Source: a virus (Duplodnaviria; Heunggongvirae; Uroviricota; Caudoviricetes). Taken from it: a DNA stretch of 64,000 nucleotides. The stretch is taken from the IMG/VR virus record IMGVR_UViG_3300029705_000019. One strand, given 5' to 3'. The notes under the pieces are model-generated. The model did not search any database. It saw only the letters and a list, made by a program, of their open reading frames with translations, and was not told where the DNA came from. The translations under genes were made by a program, and so were the position numbers. Positions within the stretch are counted from its first letter, which is position 1, and the number at the start of each line of letters is the position of its first letter. Below are positions 1 to 9,703 of this stretch, piece by piece.

Positions 1-388
1 ATATTCCTGAGTTTCATTGTTCCAGATATAGTCACAATTTTTATCAGTGACCATATAAATTACTGTGGGATCACCAGGAACATTTTTAATCAATGTAGCA
101 TAATAGCCGTAACGTTCATAAGTAACAGCATTCTCGTTAAGTACTTTCTCGCTCAATTGTTCAACAGTATCTTCAAGAGCAGAGATACGAGTTTCATCCC
201 AGCTGTTTGCAGCAATAGGGTTCATTACACCATTAAGATAAATATATATCTCAACAGTGTCTGTTGTTACATACCACGCACCTTCAACTCTCTTCTCTTC
301 AGCAAGAATAAGATTACCGTCGCTATCAAACAAAGATGAACTTAAACCACTATAAATTTTGAAATCCATATTTAAGTTCTCCTCTTAA

Positions 389-1090
389 TCAAAATGTTGA
401 ATACTTTATACTGTCTTTTGCATCCACTTCCTCTTTAGTATAGTAACCTGAAAGATCTGTTGGAGTTACGTCATCAATTGTAATAAATCCACTGTCGTTT
501 TCAAGTTCACTTACTTTAGTAACAGGTGTTGGAATATCAGATTTCTTTGCATAATCAACAAGATCTGTTTCAGTTAAAAACGCAAGATCATTCTCAAGCT
601 CACTTACTTTTGTTGGAACTTCGGGAATTTCAATTGCATCTACTGCGTTTTGAATTGCGGAATCTGTTTCAGTCTTTGTGTAATATGCAGAAAGATCTAC
701 GTCAGTGTCAGAAAGCTGAGCTTCTGCAATTTTTTGAGTTACAAATTCTTCGGTAGCATAACCATCAAGAGATGGAATTACAATACCTGCAATTGCAGCT
801 TCAAGCTCCTCTTTTGTTGCAAATGTTGACACATCAGGAATTTCGATAGCTGAAATTGCAGCAGCAAGCTGCTCTTCAGTTACAAACTTCGATGTATCAA
901 CATCATTAATTTTGTAAAGCCACAATGTTTCAGGCGCTTCAAACTTTGGTAAGCAAACAAATACTTCAGCTGTATCATTTGTTAGATACCAATAACCATT
1001 TACAAGTTTATCATGAGGTAATTTTGGAGAACCATCCTCATTGAACAAACTTGCATATTGACCTCGAAGAATCTTAAATTCAGTAGCCAT
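389..1090 (-). CDS. Putative fibre-type virion protein with short repeats
   Basis: Repeats DLS(A/G)YYTKxExD, (F/Y)ATxEx(L/V) and TKVSELENDxxF are typical of Firmicutes phage fibre proteins. Ends in SIKYSTF. Confidence 0.6.
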   Translation of the reverse strand: MATEFKILRGQYASLFNEDGSPKLPHDKLVNGYWYLTNDTAEVFVCLPKFEAPETLWLYKINDVDTSKFVTEEQLAAAISAIEIPDVSTFATKEELEAAIAGIVIPSLDGYATEEFVTQKIAEAQLSDTDVDLSAYYTKTETDSAIQNAVDAIEIPEVPTKVSELENDLAFLTETDLVDYAKKSDIPTPVTKVSELENDSGFITIDDVTPTDLSGYYTKEEVDAKDSIKYSTF

Positions 1091-1116
1091 TAATTTAATT
1101 TCCTCTCTTATTATTT

Positions 1117-2121
1117 TTAGAATGTGTCATAGTTCATTGAATCAGGTGTTGTACTTTCAATCTGATTAGTTACTTCTTGCTGAACGATGTTCTGTACATC
1201 CTGATTTGTTACAAATGTTTGCTGAGCTGACTCCTGAGTAACATATGTGCTTTCAGCGACCTCATGTGTAAGATAGGTACTATTTGCAACTTCTTCTGTA
1301 ATGAAATTTTCAGTTACATTAGTTACAAATTCTTCAGTCACATAGTTTTTCTGCTCAAGAGATTCATTAGTAACATATGTAGTAGAAAGATGCTCCTCAG
1401 TAACATAATTCTGTTGTGTTAAATATTCGTTTGTAACAAAATTACTCACGTCCGGAATATCACTTTTCTTTGCATACTCAGAAAGATCAACTTCACCACC
1501 TAACTGTGCGTTTGCCACTGCTTCTGCAATAGCTGCATCAGTTTCAGCTTTGTTATAAACATCAGCTGCATTTGCTTTGTTATCAACAGCGGTGCTAAGA
1601 TCCTTGATTGCATCGCTATTATCAGCAATGGCAGTATTAAGGGCATCAATTGATGCTTCACTTCTATCTGCCTCTTCAATAACAGCTTCTAACTGAGTCT
1701 GAATATCTTCTTGAGTACTTTTTAACGAGTCAATCGTTTCATCTAATTCTGAAACAGTCGACTCAACTTCATCTAATCTATTATTTATCTCTGTGAGGTC
1801 AACACTTGGGGCAGAGCCACCACCGTTAACACTCTGTTCATCAAAGATTGTGTAAAGATATACATCATTGAGATTAGTTACTTGAACTAATGTGCCAGCT
1901 GTATACATCCAACCAGGCTCTTTGAAGTACTTATCAGTAGTAAAATCATTAGTTATTCTGTAAATATAATTAATGTTTTGAAAAGATGGAGAGGGTAAAT
2001 CTTCAAAAGAAATTGCACCACCGAACTTCAGATTTTCACTATCTCGTTCGTCAATGTAATCTTTGATTAAGCCATCATAGTAGACTAGACCATCCCAATC
2101 AACATATTTCAACTTTGCCAT
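1117..2121 (-). CDS. Putative fibre-type virion protein (coiled coil plus YVTxE repeats)
   Basis: N-terminal KYVDWDGLVYYDGLIKDY motif, central coiled coil, tandem (Y/F)VTxE repeats. Ends in SMNYDTF, like the neighbouring gene. Confidence 0.6.
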   Translation of the reverse strand: MAKLKYVDWDGLVYYDGLIKDYIDERDSENLKFGGAISFEDLPSPSFQNINYIYRITNDFTTDKYFKEPGWMYTAGTLVQVTNLNDVYLYTIFDEQSVNGGGSAPSVDLTEINNRLDEVESTVSELDETIDSLKSTQEDIQTQLEAVIEEADRSEASIDALNTAIADNSDAIKDLSTAVDNKANAADVYNKAETDAAIAEAVANAQLGGEVDLSEYAKKSDIPDVSNFVTNEYLTQQNYVTEEHLSTTYVTNESLEQKNYVTEEFVTNVTENFITEEVANSTYLTHEVAESTYVTQESAQQTFVTNQDVQNIVQQEVTNQIESTTPDSMNYDTF

Positions 2122-2159
2122 ATTAGTTTGTCTCTCCCTATGAATTAATTATATATAAT

Positions 2160-4568
2160 TCATTGAATTGGTGCATTACCACCATCAATAAATTCAACAG
2201 CCAACATCTGTTCAAGCTGATTAATCAGCTGTGAAGTTTTCTCTTCTACAAGTGAATCAACATAAGTTTTTGATACGGCTGCATTTGTTGTAAATCTTGT
2301 TGTTGATTCTGATAATATAATATTACCAACAGCATCTCTTTGAACAACAGCATTTTCAACTGGTTCTGTTGAAACTGATAATGATCCAAGTGTATCCCCT
2401 GTTTGTGTAAATACTTGTGCTGTCTTAGTTGTCGGTAATACAACTACATATTCATCAGTTGTTTTTAATTCATCAATCTGTGATTGTAGATTTTCATCGA
2501 TTAGTTTTAATTCATCAATTGATCTATTTATTGATTCATCCGCCAAAGTATGATTGGATGATGTTTTACTTAATTCATCAATTTCAACTTGAAGTCTATC
2601 AATCTCAAGTTGTTTAGAATTTATTTTATCATCAACAACTTGTATTTGATTTTTAACAGATTCAACATCTAAATTAGTTTTATCAACTTTATCATTTACG
2701 ACAACAACAGATTCTTTTACTTCATCAATGTCATTTTGAACACCAACAATGAGTAAGTTAATATAAAGAATACTTTGTTCAATATCGTAAACATCTTGTT
2801 GAATATCAATTATTTTTGTTGTCTGAGCACTAAGTGCATCTTCAATTTTTTCAAGTCTCGAATTGATTAATGTAATCGCCGCAACACGTCTGTTGAATTC
2901 ATCACTTATTAATGTGGATAGGATGTCATCGCGTTTAATTGAATCATTTTCAACATCTTTAATATCAGCTGCTAAACGATTTCTAACTTCAACGAGAGTA
3001 TCTCTTAAATCAACACATTCTTGGAATAATGTTTTTTCAACTGAAATGGCACGATCACGTTCAGCATCCATTGAGGATTGTATGCTACTGCATTGTGTAT
3101 CTCTTTGATTAATTTCAGTTGTTAATCTATTATTAAGAGTAGTTACATCAGAGCGGATGTCAGAAACAACTTGTGAGTGAGTATTATTCAATCGAACAAC
3201 ATCATTTGTTAACTCTCTTAATCTATTTACTTCCTCAACTAAAGCATTACATTGTTCTCTAATTTCAACATCTACAGCTTCTGATCTATTGATTTCAAGA
3301 TTAAGTTTACCTGATAATGTTTCAATTGAGTTGTTTGTTGTAGCAACATCATTCTTAATAGATTGAATATTGATACTGTTTTCTGTTGTTTGTTTTGTTA
3401 AATTGTCAATAGACTTTTTTAACTTTTCAGATGAAGATGTGAACTGGTCAAGCTCTTCAAGTTTTGCTAATTGACTATTAATAGTACTGATTTGAGTCTG
3501 TACTTCTTGATAGCCATTTGATACATCATCAGCAAGATTTACAAAATCATCACTTAATTCATCAACATCATCACGAACAGAACTAATACTAGTATTAAAC
3601 TCTTGTACGCTTGAATTAATGCTGTTAACTGATGTTCTTAAATTTGATACATCAGCTGTATTTTTCTGAACAGTCTTTGTAACATCACTAACTGATTGAT
3701 TAATTGAGCTAATATTAGTTTTTATATCAGCTACTTCAGTTTGTAAAACAATATCTGCAGAAGCACGTGTATTCTTTTCTGATTCTAAATCATTGCAGAG
3801 CTGCGCATCAGCTTTTTCACGAGCTGTTGTTTCTTCTGCAAGTTTTTCACTGAGAGCTTTATCAATATTGTTAGCGATATTCGATTCAACAACAGTTATC
3901 TTATTTTCAAGATTTTGTTCAGATGTCTGAGCTCGTTGAGATTCATCAACAATCTGTTTTCTAATATCAGATTCAGCAACTAGTGCTCTTTGAATTTCAT
4001 CATTAAGTTTTTGCTGAATTAGCTGTTCAAATTCAAGAGTTTTAATTGATAAATCATTCAATAGATTCAAACTGTTTGTTGCTTCGGATTTTCTTGCAAT
4101 GATCTCTTTAGTAAGATCTTCGATTATTTTCTTTTCAGCTGCAACAGCTCGTTTAATTTCTTTATCAAGCTCTGTTTCAAGTTTTGTTTCAACATCTACT
4201 GTAAACTGATGTTCTTCGCTCAATTCGCGAACAAACTCGTTTTGAGCACGAACAAGATCTCGTGCAAGAATTTCAAGCTCAGCAAGAACATATTTTTTAT
4301 GTTTCGCTGTATCTTCAATTTCAGCATGAAGTTCTTGAGTTAACTCTTGAATCTTTGCATAGTTTCTTGCACCTTTATCTCCCGGGTATGCTTTGTGAGC
4401 AACTGTTCCAAGAGCTGAATCCCATCTTACTTCACCAGTGATAATTCTATTTTCATTATCAACATTAATAGTAAGTGATTCAGTGGTTCCACCAACATAT
4501 GTATTTTTTGACGTTGGTTTATTTAATTTACCAAAAAGATATTCATTGTTATTTGAGGCCATACTCAA
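2160..4568 (-). CDS. Long coiled-coil structural protein (fibre/whisker-like)
   Basis: 802 aa, heptad-rich, repeated ExxRAxxAE motifs, AYPGDKG near the N-terminus and an IDGG tail; sits in a structural operon. Confidence 0.55.
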   Translation of the reverse strand: MSMASNNNEYLFGKLNKPTSKNTYVGGTTESLTINVDNENRIITGEVRWDSALGTVAHKAYPGDKGARNYAKIQELTQELHAEIEDTAKHKKYVLAELEILARDLVRAQNEFVRELSEEHQFTVDVETKLETELDKEIKRAVAAEKKIIEDLTKEIIARKSEATNSLNLLNDLSIKTLEFEQLIQQKLNDEIQRALVAESDIRKQIVDESQRAQTSEQNLENKITVVESNIANNIDKALSEKLAEETTAREKADAQLCNDLESEKNTRASADIVLQTEVADIKTNISSINQSVSDVTKTVQKNTADVSNLRTSVNSINSSVQEFNTSISSVRDDVDELSDDFVNLADDVSNGYQEVQTQISTINSQLAKLEELDQFTSSSEKLKKSIDNLTKQTTENSINIQSIKNDVATTNNSIETLSGKLNLEINRSEAVDVEIREQCNALVEEVNRLRELTNDVVRLNNTHSQVVSDIRSDVTTLNNRLTTEINQRDTQCSSIQSSMDAERDRAISVEKTLFQECVDLRDTLVEVRNRLAADIKDVENDSIKRDDILSTLISDEFNRRVAAITLINSRLEKIEDALSAQTTKIIDIQQDVYDIEQSILYINLLIVGVQNDIDEVKESVVVVNDKVDKTNLDVESVKNQIQVVDDKINSKQLEIDRLQVEIDELSKTSSNHTLADESINRSIDELKLIDENLQSQIDELKTTDEYVVVLPTTKTAQVFTQTGDTLGSLSVSTEPVENAVVQRDAVGNIILSESTTRFTTNAAVSKTYVDSLVEEKTSQLINQLEQMLAVEFIDGGNAPIQ

Positions 4569-4573
4569 TCACC

Positions 4574-4945
4574 TCACTCAAGAATAAAGAATTGCTGTTT
4601 TGGTAAAACAGTATCAACATCATAATCATCTGGATCTTCAGAATTGAATCTCTGTAACTTTACTTGATAATAATACTTGCCAGGAAGGACACACTGTGTA
4701 TCTTTTGGTCTGAATTTGAAAACAACATTACCATTCTCATCAACATCCTCATAAGTACACTTTTTTCTAATGAGTGCATTTTCAAATGGTTGATTAGGTT
4801 CCATAATGCCCATATAAATAATGTCTGTTGGTTCCAATTCATAAAACATCGGTTCAAGATTTGTACCAAAATTTATAATCACAGGTATCTCAAATGAGTC
4901 ACCACGATTCACTGTTATGATGCCGTTATAAGTAATGTTAAACAT
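4574..4945 (-). CDS. BppU N-terminal-like Ig-fold baseplate/fibre attachment protein
   Basis: ITVNRGDSFEIPV...FRPKDTQCVLPGKYYYQVKL pattern resembles BppU_N domains; recognised by eye. Confidence 0.5.
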   Translation of the reverse strand: MFNITYNGIITVNRGDSFEIPVIINFGTNLEPMFYELEPTDIIYMGIMEPNQPFENALIRKKCTYEDVDENGNVVFKFRPKDTQCVLPGKYYYQVKLQRFNSEDPDDYDVDTVLPKQQFFILE

Positions 4946-4960
4946 GATGTAGTTCCTCCA

Positions 4961-5425
4961 TTACTTCTTTTTCTTAAACAATGATGCAATCTCATCAAAT
5001 GAAACAGTTCCAATTTCATTGCCATCTTCATCAAATAAAGTATCAATATCATCTTTATCTGCAACATCATTATCTGTTGTCTCAAATAGTGTTTCAACTT
5101 CACCTTTTGTTACAGCGGAAGGTTTCTGATTCTTTGTAAAAAGAGTTGCAATTTCATCTTTACTAACTGATTCTGGTTTTTGTTTTGGTTCAAACAATGT
5201 ATTGATATCATCCTTTGTTGTGGTAACATCACGATGAGATCCGTCAAACAATGATTCCACTTCGGCTTGACCTACGGGTGGAAACAATGTGTATTGACCG
5301 TTGTCACCAACACCAACAACATGACCAACTTCAGTAGCAGATGCATCAGGCATGTTGTTTGCAATTGATGAGATAGATTCAATCTTACTGTAAGCTGATA
5401 ATCTTGCTCTTAATTTAATATCCAT
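4961..5425 (-). CDS. Structural protein with six tandem xxK(D/E)(D/E)IxxLF repeats
   Basis: Repeats VGQAEVESLF, TTKDDINTLF, VSKDEIATLF, VTKGEVETLF, ADKDDIDTLF and VSFDEIASLF are visible in the translation. Confidence 0.6.
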   Translation of the reverse strand: MDIKLRARLSAYSKIESISSIANNMPDASATEVGHVVGVGDNGQYTLFPPVGQAEVESLFDGSHRDVTTTKDDINTLFEPKQKPESVSKDEIATLFTKNQKPSAVTKGEVETLFETTDNDVADKDDIDTLFDEDGNEIGTVSFDEIASLFKKKK

Positions 5426-5438
5426 TTCTTATCTCCCC

Positions 5439-6086
5439 TTATTTAACAGTAAGACTGCCATCAGTCACATCAAAAATTGTAAACATTGTTTCATCGTTGA
5501 AAACTTTCACTGAACAGTAGTAAATTCCTCTGGGTAAACTACATGATAATTCTCGGTCAATGCTAAATATAATTTGTGGTGAACCTGCGTAAATTTTTTT
5601 GCACAGTGGTTCCATTCTGAAATTATACAACGTGACCTCAACTTGTTTATCAGCAAGATAATCGGCAGCTGTTACATAAACACTCTTGTCACCATTAAGT
5701 GGATATGTAAATTCAGCATCTTGCTGCCATACATATTCTCGACGAATGTTACTCACACAGGTCCACGAAATGAGGTCAATAATATTATACAGCTTCTGAC
5801 CAACTCTGCCCTTTGTTGATGTTGTTGGTTTCTGACCGCTTGCCTTATACAGGATAGCGTCTGATTCAACTGTTACTTCACCATCAATATTGAATTCCAG
5901 ATTCAATGTTTCACCATAACGCCAAAAATAACCAATCAGCTCACCTTTAACATTGTAGTCTTCATAAGGTTTACTTGCATCAACTGGATCAAGTTTGCAA
6001 TCATTTAGTTTTTGAGGAAATGCTTTTATTAGATTGTTTGGAGTATAATTATCAGCAATATCGTGATAATTCAAAAACATACTCAT
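5439..6086 (-). CDS. Hypothetical structural protein, first gene of the fibre operon
   Basis: Clean ORF downstream of a late-type TGTATA motif (about 6119-6130). C-terminal LPRGIYYCSVKV Ig-like strand. Confidence 0.5.
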   Translation of the reverse strand: MSMFLNYHDIADNYTPNNLIKAFPQKLNDCKLDPVDASKPYEDYNVKGELIGYFWRYGETLNLEFNIDGEVTVESDAILYKASGQKPTTSTKGRVGQKLYNIIDLISWTCVSNIRREYVWQQDAEFTYPLNGDKSVYVTAADYLADKQVEVTLYNFRMEPLCKKIYAGSPQIIFSIDRELSCSLPRGIYYCSVKVFNDETMFTIFDVTDGSLTVK

Positions 6087-6342
6087 AACAAACTGCCTCC
6101 TCTTGAATAAAATTTATTCAGTTATATACAAAATATTATACATGAAGTATCAATTGTTACTTCCGTTTGTTTTCTGCAAATAATAAAAGAAAACTCATCC
6201 ATTGTACAATAAAAGAGCAAGGCCTTTAACAGGCGACATACTTGATAATATAAAAATATTACCATCACATCAAAAACCTGAAAAAGGCCTTTTTCTTGTT
6301 GTAGTTGTGGAGAGTTTTCAATATGTAAACATTGATGTAAGA

Positions 6343-7374
6343 TTAATCTTCCGGATCATCAAATGCATCCATGAATGTCTTTTTAATCTTTGACTTCATA
6401 TAAGTTAATCCTCGACTATCAAGGATGTTATATAACTTATCAAGATGATCTTTAAGCGGTAAAGTTGAGTCTTTTGCTGCATCCGTAATAGCTCTGTTCA
6501 CTAACTTTTCTACATCTCTATCATTTATACGCTTTTCAACTTCTTTGTTGATTCTATTGAGTCTCTTTCTATACTGTTTACAGAAATCAGCTGGCATTAC
6601 GTCTTCAAGAGTATAGCCAATGTCATTGAAATATTCTTCAACCATCATTGGATACATTGTGCCAGCCTGAGGAACTTCAATTGAGAATACATATTTCCAA
6701 CGAGACTGACTATTCCGTCTTGGATTCGGTCCAGAATACTTAAACTTGTACAATTCACAGATTTCTTTGATCTGATCAAAAGCTGTAAGTACTTCTGTAG
6801 TTTTACCATCTTCACCCTTAACATATTGAGGGTCAGCATAGAGCTCAATATATTTACCATTTCCTGAAGTGGCAACCTGAGGTGTAATTTGCTCTTCTGA
6901 TTCAGGATTTGCATTCTTATATTTATCCTGACTTACTCGCTGGAACTTACGAAGTTTGCCACCAAGCGGATTAAGTGGCTTTGGCCAACAGTCAGTTACA
7001 AGACCATAGATGAAATCAAACATATCGTAATCAAGATAATCATCTTCATCGTCATCTTCATATACTTTGTTCGCTCTACCATCTTTAACAGGCTGAGTTA
7101 CATCGAAATCATCAAGTGCTTCATCGAGCACAAGTTTTGCAGTATACTCATTTTCAGGTTGCTTACCTTCGTCAGGATTATCGGTAATAACCTCTTCAGC
7201 TTTCTTTTCAAGATCTTCTTTAACTTCATCAATGTGCTCTGTTGCTTTCTCACTTGCGGAATAAGCATCAGCCATCACAATGTTCATCTCACCAACGACA
7301 TCAACATTGTCGTTCTCATTCTCAACAACTCTTTTGAGATTTTCAATTGACTCATCAATTGTTCGTCTTTTCAT
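6343..7374 (-). CDS. Acidic protein, putative internal head protein
   Basis: Starts MKRRTIDES, very acidic, and follows the ferritin-like gene in the same operon. Confidence 0.45.
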   Translation of the reverse strand: MKRRTIDESIENLKRVVENENDNVDVVGEMNIVMADAYSASEKATEHIDEVKEDLEKKAEEVITDNPDEGKQPENEYTAKLVLDEALDDFDVTQPVKDGRANKVYEDDDEDDYLDYDMFDFIYGLVTDCWPKPLNPLGGKLRKFQRVSQDKYKNANPESEEQITPQVATSGNGKYIELYADPQYVKGEDGKTTEVLTAFDQIKEICELYKFKYSGPNPRRNSQSRWKYVFSIEVPQAGTMYPMMVEEYFNDIGYTLEDVMPADFCKQYRKRLNRINKEVEKRINDRDVEKLVNRAITDAAKDSTLPLKDHLDKLYNILDSRGLTYMKSKIKKTFMDAFDDPED

Positions 7375-7385
7375 TTACTTATTCC

Positions 7386-7934
7386 TCACATTTCATCATC
7401 AATGTCAGAGATTGTACAAATATCATCAGCTACGTTTGGTGCACTAGCAGATTGTTCAGGGGTATCCCATGATTGAACAGGGAGAACACCACCAACTAAA
7501 CCAAGTTGTGACTTACCTTCACGTTCACCATGTTCAATATATGCCACATTAGGGGAAATCTGCTTAAGAATTTCCTGCAGCTGGCCAACATGTTTATTTT
7601 CCTCGGCAACAATGTCATTAATTACATTTACAAACGCATCATACTGTGAATTATGAGCAGATTCATATTTTAGTGTTGCTACAACAGAATTGTAATAATC
7701 AATTGTTTTCCACTCATCATTGATGGCTGCAATCAACATTCCTGCAACACCTTTATCAGACCCCTCATGCGGACCTTCAAGCATATCTTCTCCAACGGAA
7801 GGAATATACTCTGGAGCAGAAAAATCATCATCATAAAGATCAAAACCATCAGGTGTATGTGTTACTTTTGTAGGTTTAGCAATATCAAATGAATCCATGG
7901 CAGACTCACTGAGAGTTAATTTCTTAAATTTCAT
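7386..7934 (-). CDS. Ferritin/rubrerythrin-like four-helix protein with a capsid-targeting-like N-terminus
   Basis: AINDEWKTIDYY...DIVAEENKHVGQL supplies the ExxxxxxY/ExxH di-iron-type ligands. Starts MKFKKLTLSES. Confidence 0.55.
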   Translation of the reverse strand: MKFKKLTLSESAMDSFDIAKPTKVTHTPDGFDLYDDDFSAPEYIPSVGEDMLEGPHEGSDKGVAGMLIAAINDEWKTIDYYNSVVATLKYESAHNSQYDAFVNVINDIVAEENKHVGQLQEILKQISPNVAYIEHGEREGKSQLGLVGGVLPVQSWDTPEQSASAPNVADDICTISDIDDEM

Positions 7935-8004
7935 TTTCTATTTACCTCAAACAACTTTGTACATATATATTAAATACAATTAAAAGTAACTCATGATAAA
8001 AATC

Positions 8005-8451
8005 TTACAGTTGATTTATGGAAATAATTTCTGCATTGTTCCACTTATCAGCTGTTTTACTATCATTCTGTTTCATTCTCAAATATTGTTCTGCATATTT
8101 CGATGCTTCATTAAAGCTATTTGCTTCAATCATAACTTCAACTTGAGAATCATCATCAAACGAGTCATCTACTTCATCAACAGCTAACTGATAAACAACA
8201 GCCCAAGTACCGCTTGCTTCCTCATCTGTTTCGATAATAGTTCTCTCTTCTGCTTCATTTAATCGGAACAATGAAGTTGTATCACTCATAACATTATCTA
8301 ATTTTTCAATGAGCTTTTCTTGAGACGATGCGGAATATTTATGACCATTATAAATTGCTTCATATAATACTGAGCCATAATGTTCTGTAGTAAATATCCA
8401 AGCACCTTTATATGCAGTTAAATCACTGTTATTTGAAAGATCTACTGTCAT
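8005..8451 (-). CDS. Hypothetical protein
   Basis: Full ORF abutting the upstream gene. Confidence 0.6.
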   Translation of the reverse strand: MTVDLSNNSDLTAYKGAWIFTTEHYGSVLYEAIYNGHKYSASSQEKLIEKLDNVMSDTTSLFRLNEAEERTIIETDEEASGTWAVVYQLAVDEVDDSFDDDSQVEVMIEANSFNEASKYAEQYLRMKQNDSKTADKWNNAEIISINQL

Positions 8452-9579
8452 TTATCTACCCTCATAGTAAACGATAGATTCTGATTCAGGGTCATAATAG
8501 TATTCATGTTTTACTTTATCAGTTGTATCAAGTTCATGCAAACGAATTAAACGAGGATCGGGTTCTCCATCATCACTAAAGAGTGGTAGCTCGCCACGCA
8601 TAAACTTACCAATAATATCAAGTCTGTCAATTTCATCCTGAGAATTGTTTTCAATTGCTTCTTCAATGTTGCCACCTTCAGATTCATATTCCTCAATTCT
8701 ACGAACAAAATCAGCACAGCTTACTTCGCCCTCTCGATCCTCAATGAAGTTTTCAAGATAACGAATCATATAACCATCAATATCAGCATTATGAATACCA
8801 ATTGCTTGGAAATCGGCTTCAATTCTTTCTGCCTTCTTAACCGCAAGTTTAAGTGCGTTCTCAAGATCAAGAATAGTTGCAAGTACAAGTTCTTTTCTTG
8901 TTTCGTACTTTTCCGTGCCAACTTCAAGATCTTCTGTAATAGCTGTTGCAAGATTAAGTGAATCATCAACAGAGACAGTTAAGAAGGAAGTGTCATTATC
9001 TTCGGGTGTAATAATTGCTTGACCCACTTCATCAATATCAACAAAATATTTATAGTTGTTATTTTCTGAAAGCATATTTGCAGTGAGAGTAATTGTAAAT
9101 GTCTTAACACCATCCAACAAAGTAGATCTACCATCATTTGTTGATACACGCTTAATATCAATAAAACGTGTACTTGTATCATTGGGTGTCATAACAATCT
9201 GTCCAACTTCATCGATCTGTGTTACAAAGTCGAACGAATAATGTTCAGCTTCTCTAAACATTTTAACTTCAACATTTATTGTTTCTGTTGATGTGTTAGT
9301 ATCAAGCTCAATATCTTCTTCAATTGACTTCATTGAATGCTCACCTGTCTTTGTAAAACGAACATATGCGTCATCGTTACTAACAAAATCAATATAGTCT
9401 GATTCTTCACATTCAAAAGACTTAACATCTTCATACTTATTCATTGCATCTCTGAGTCTAATTTTATTTACCTGAGGAATACCCGTGGCTTCGCAATCAT
9501 AAGCATAGTCAATATTCATTGTCATCTTCTCAATTTCCATTGCAGGACGCTTGAACGTAATAACAAATAATTTGCTCAT
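8452..9579 (-). CDS. Hypothetical acidic protein with an internal duplication
   Basis: Internal repeat QIDEVGQIVMTPND / DIDEVGQAIITPED. Early-type promoter at about 9672-9703. Confidence 0.6.
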   Translation of the reverse strand: MSKLFVITFKRPAMEIEKMTMNIDYAYDCEATGIPQVNKIRLRDAMNKYEDVKSFECEESDYIDFVSNDDAYVRFTKTGEHSMKSIEEDIELDTNTSTETINVEVKMFREAEHYSFDFVTQIDEVGQIVMTPNDTSTRFIDIKRVSTNDGRSTLLDGVKTFTITLTANMLSENNNYKYFVDIDEVGQAIITPEDNDTSFLTVSVDDSLNLATAITEDLEVGTEKYETRKELVLATILDLENALKLAVKKAERIEADFQAIGIHNADIDGYMIRYLENFIEDREGEVSCADFVRRIEEYESEGGNIEEAIENNSQDEIDRLDIIGKFMRGELPLFSDDGEPDPRLIRLHELDTTDKVKHEYYYDPESESIVYYEGR

Positions 9580-9703
9580 CTACTATTTTCCTTTTCACGA
9601 ATTATTGTTTTTAAGTAATATCTAGTGCTTGCTTAAAAAAGTAAGCACTAGACAATTACTTCTTTATATCTATATTATATATTATACTGTTTGATTAATC
9701 AAC

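Noticed and set aside
2160-4568. SMC protein or tape measure protein
   Set aside because: No Walker motifs and no tape-measure TM or aromatic periodicity. The context favours a fibre-like coiled coil.
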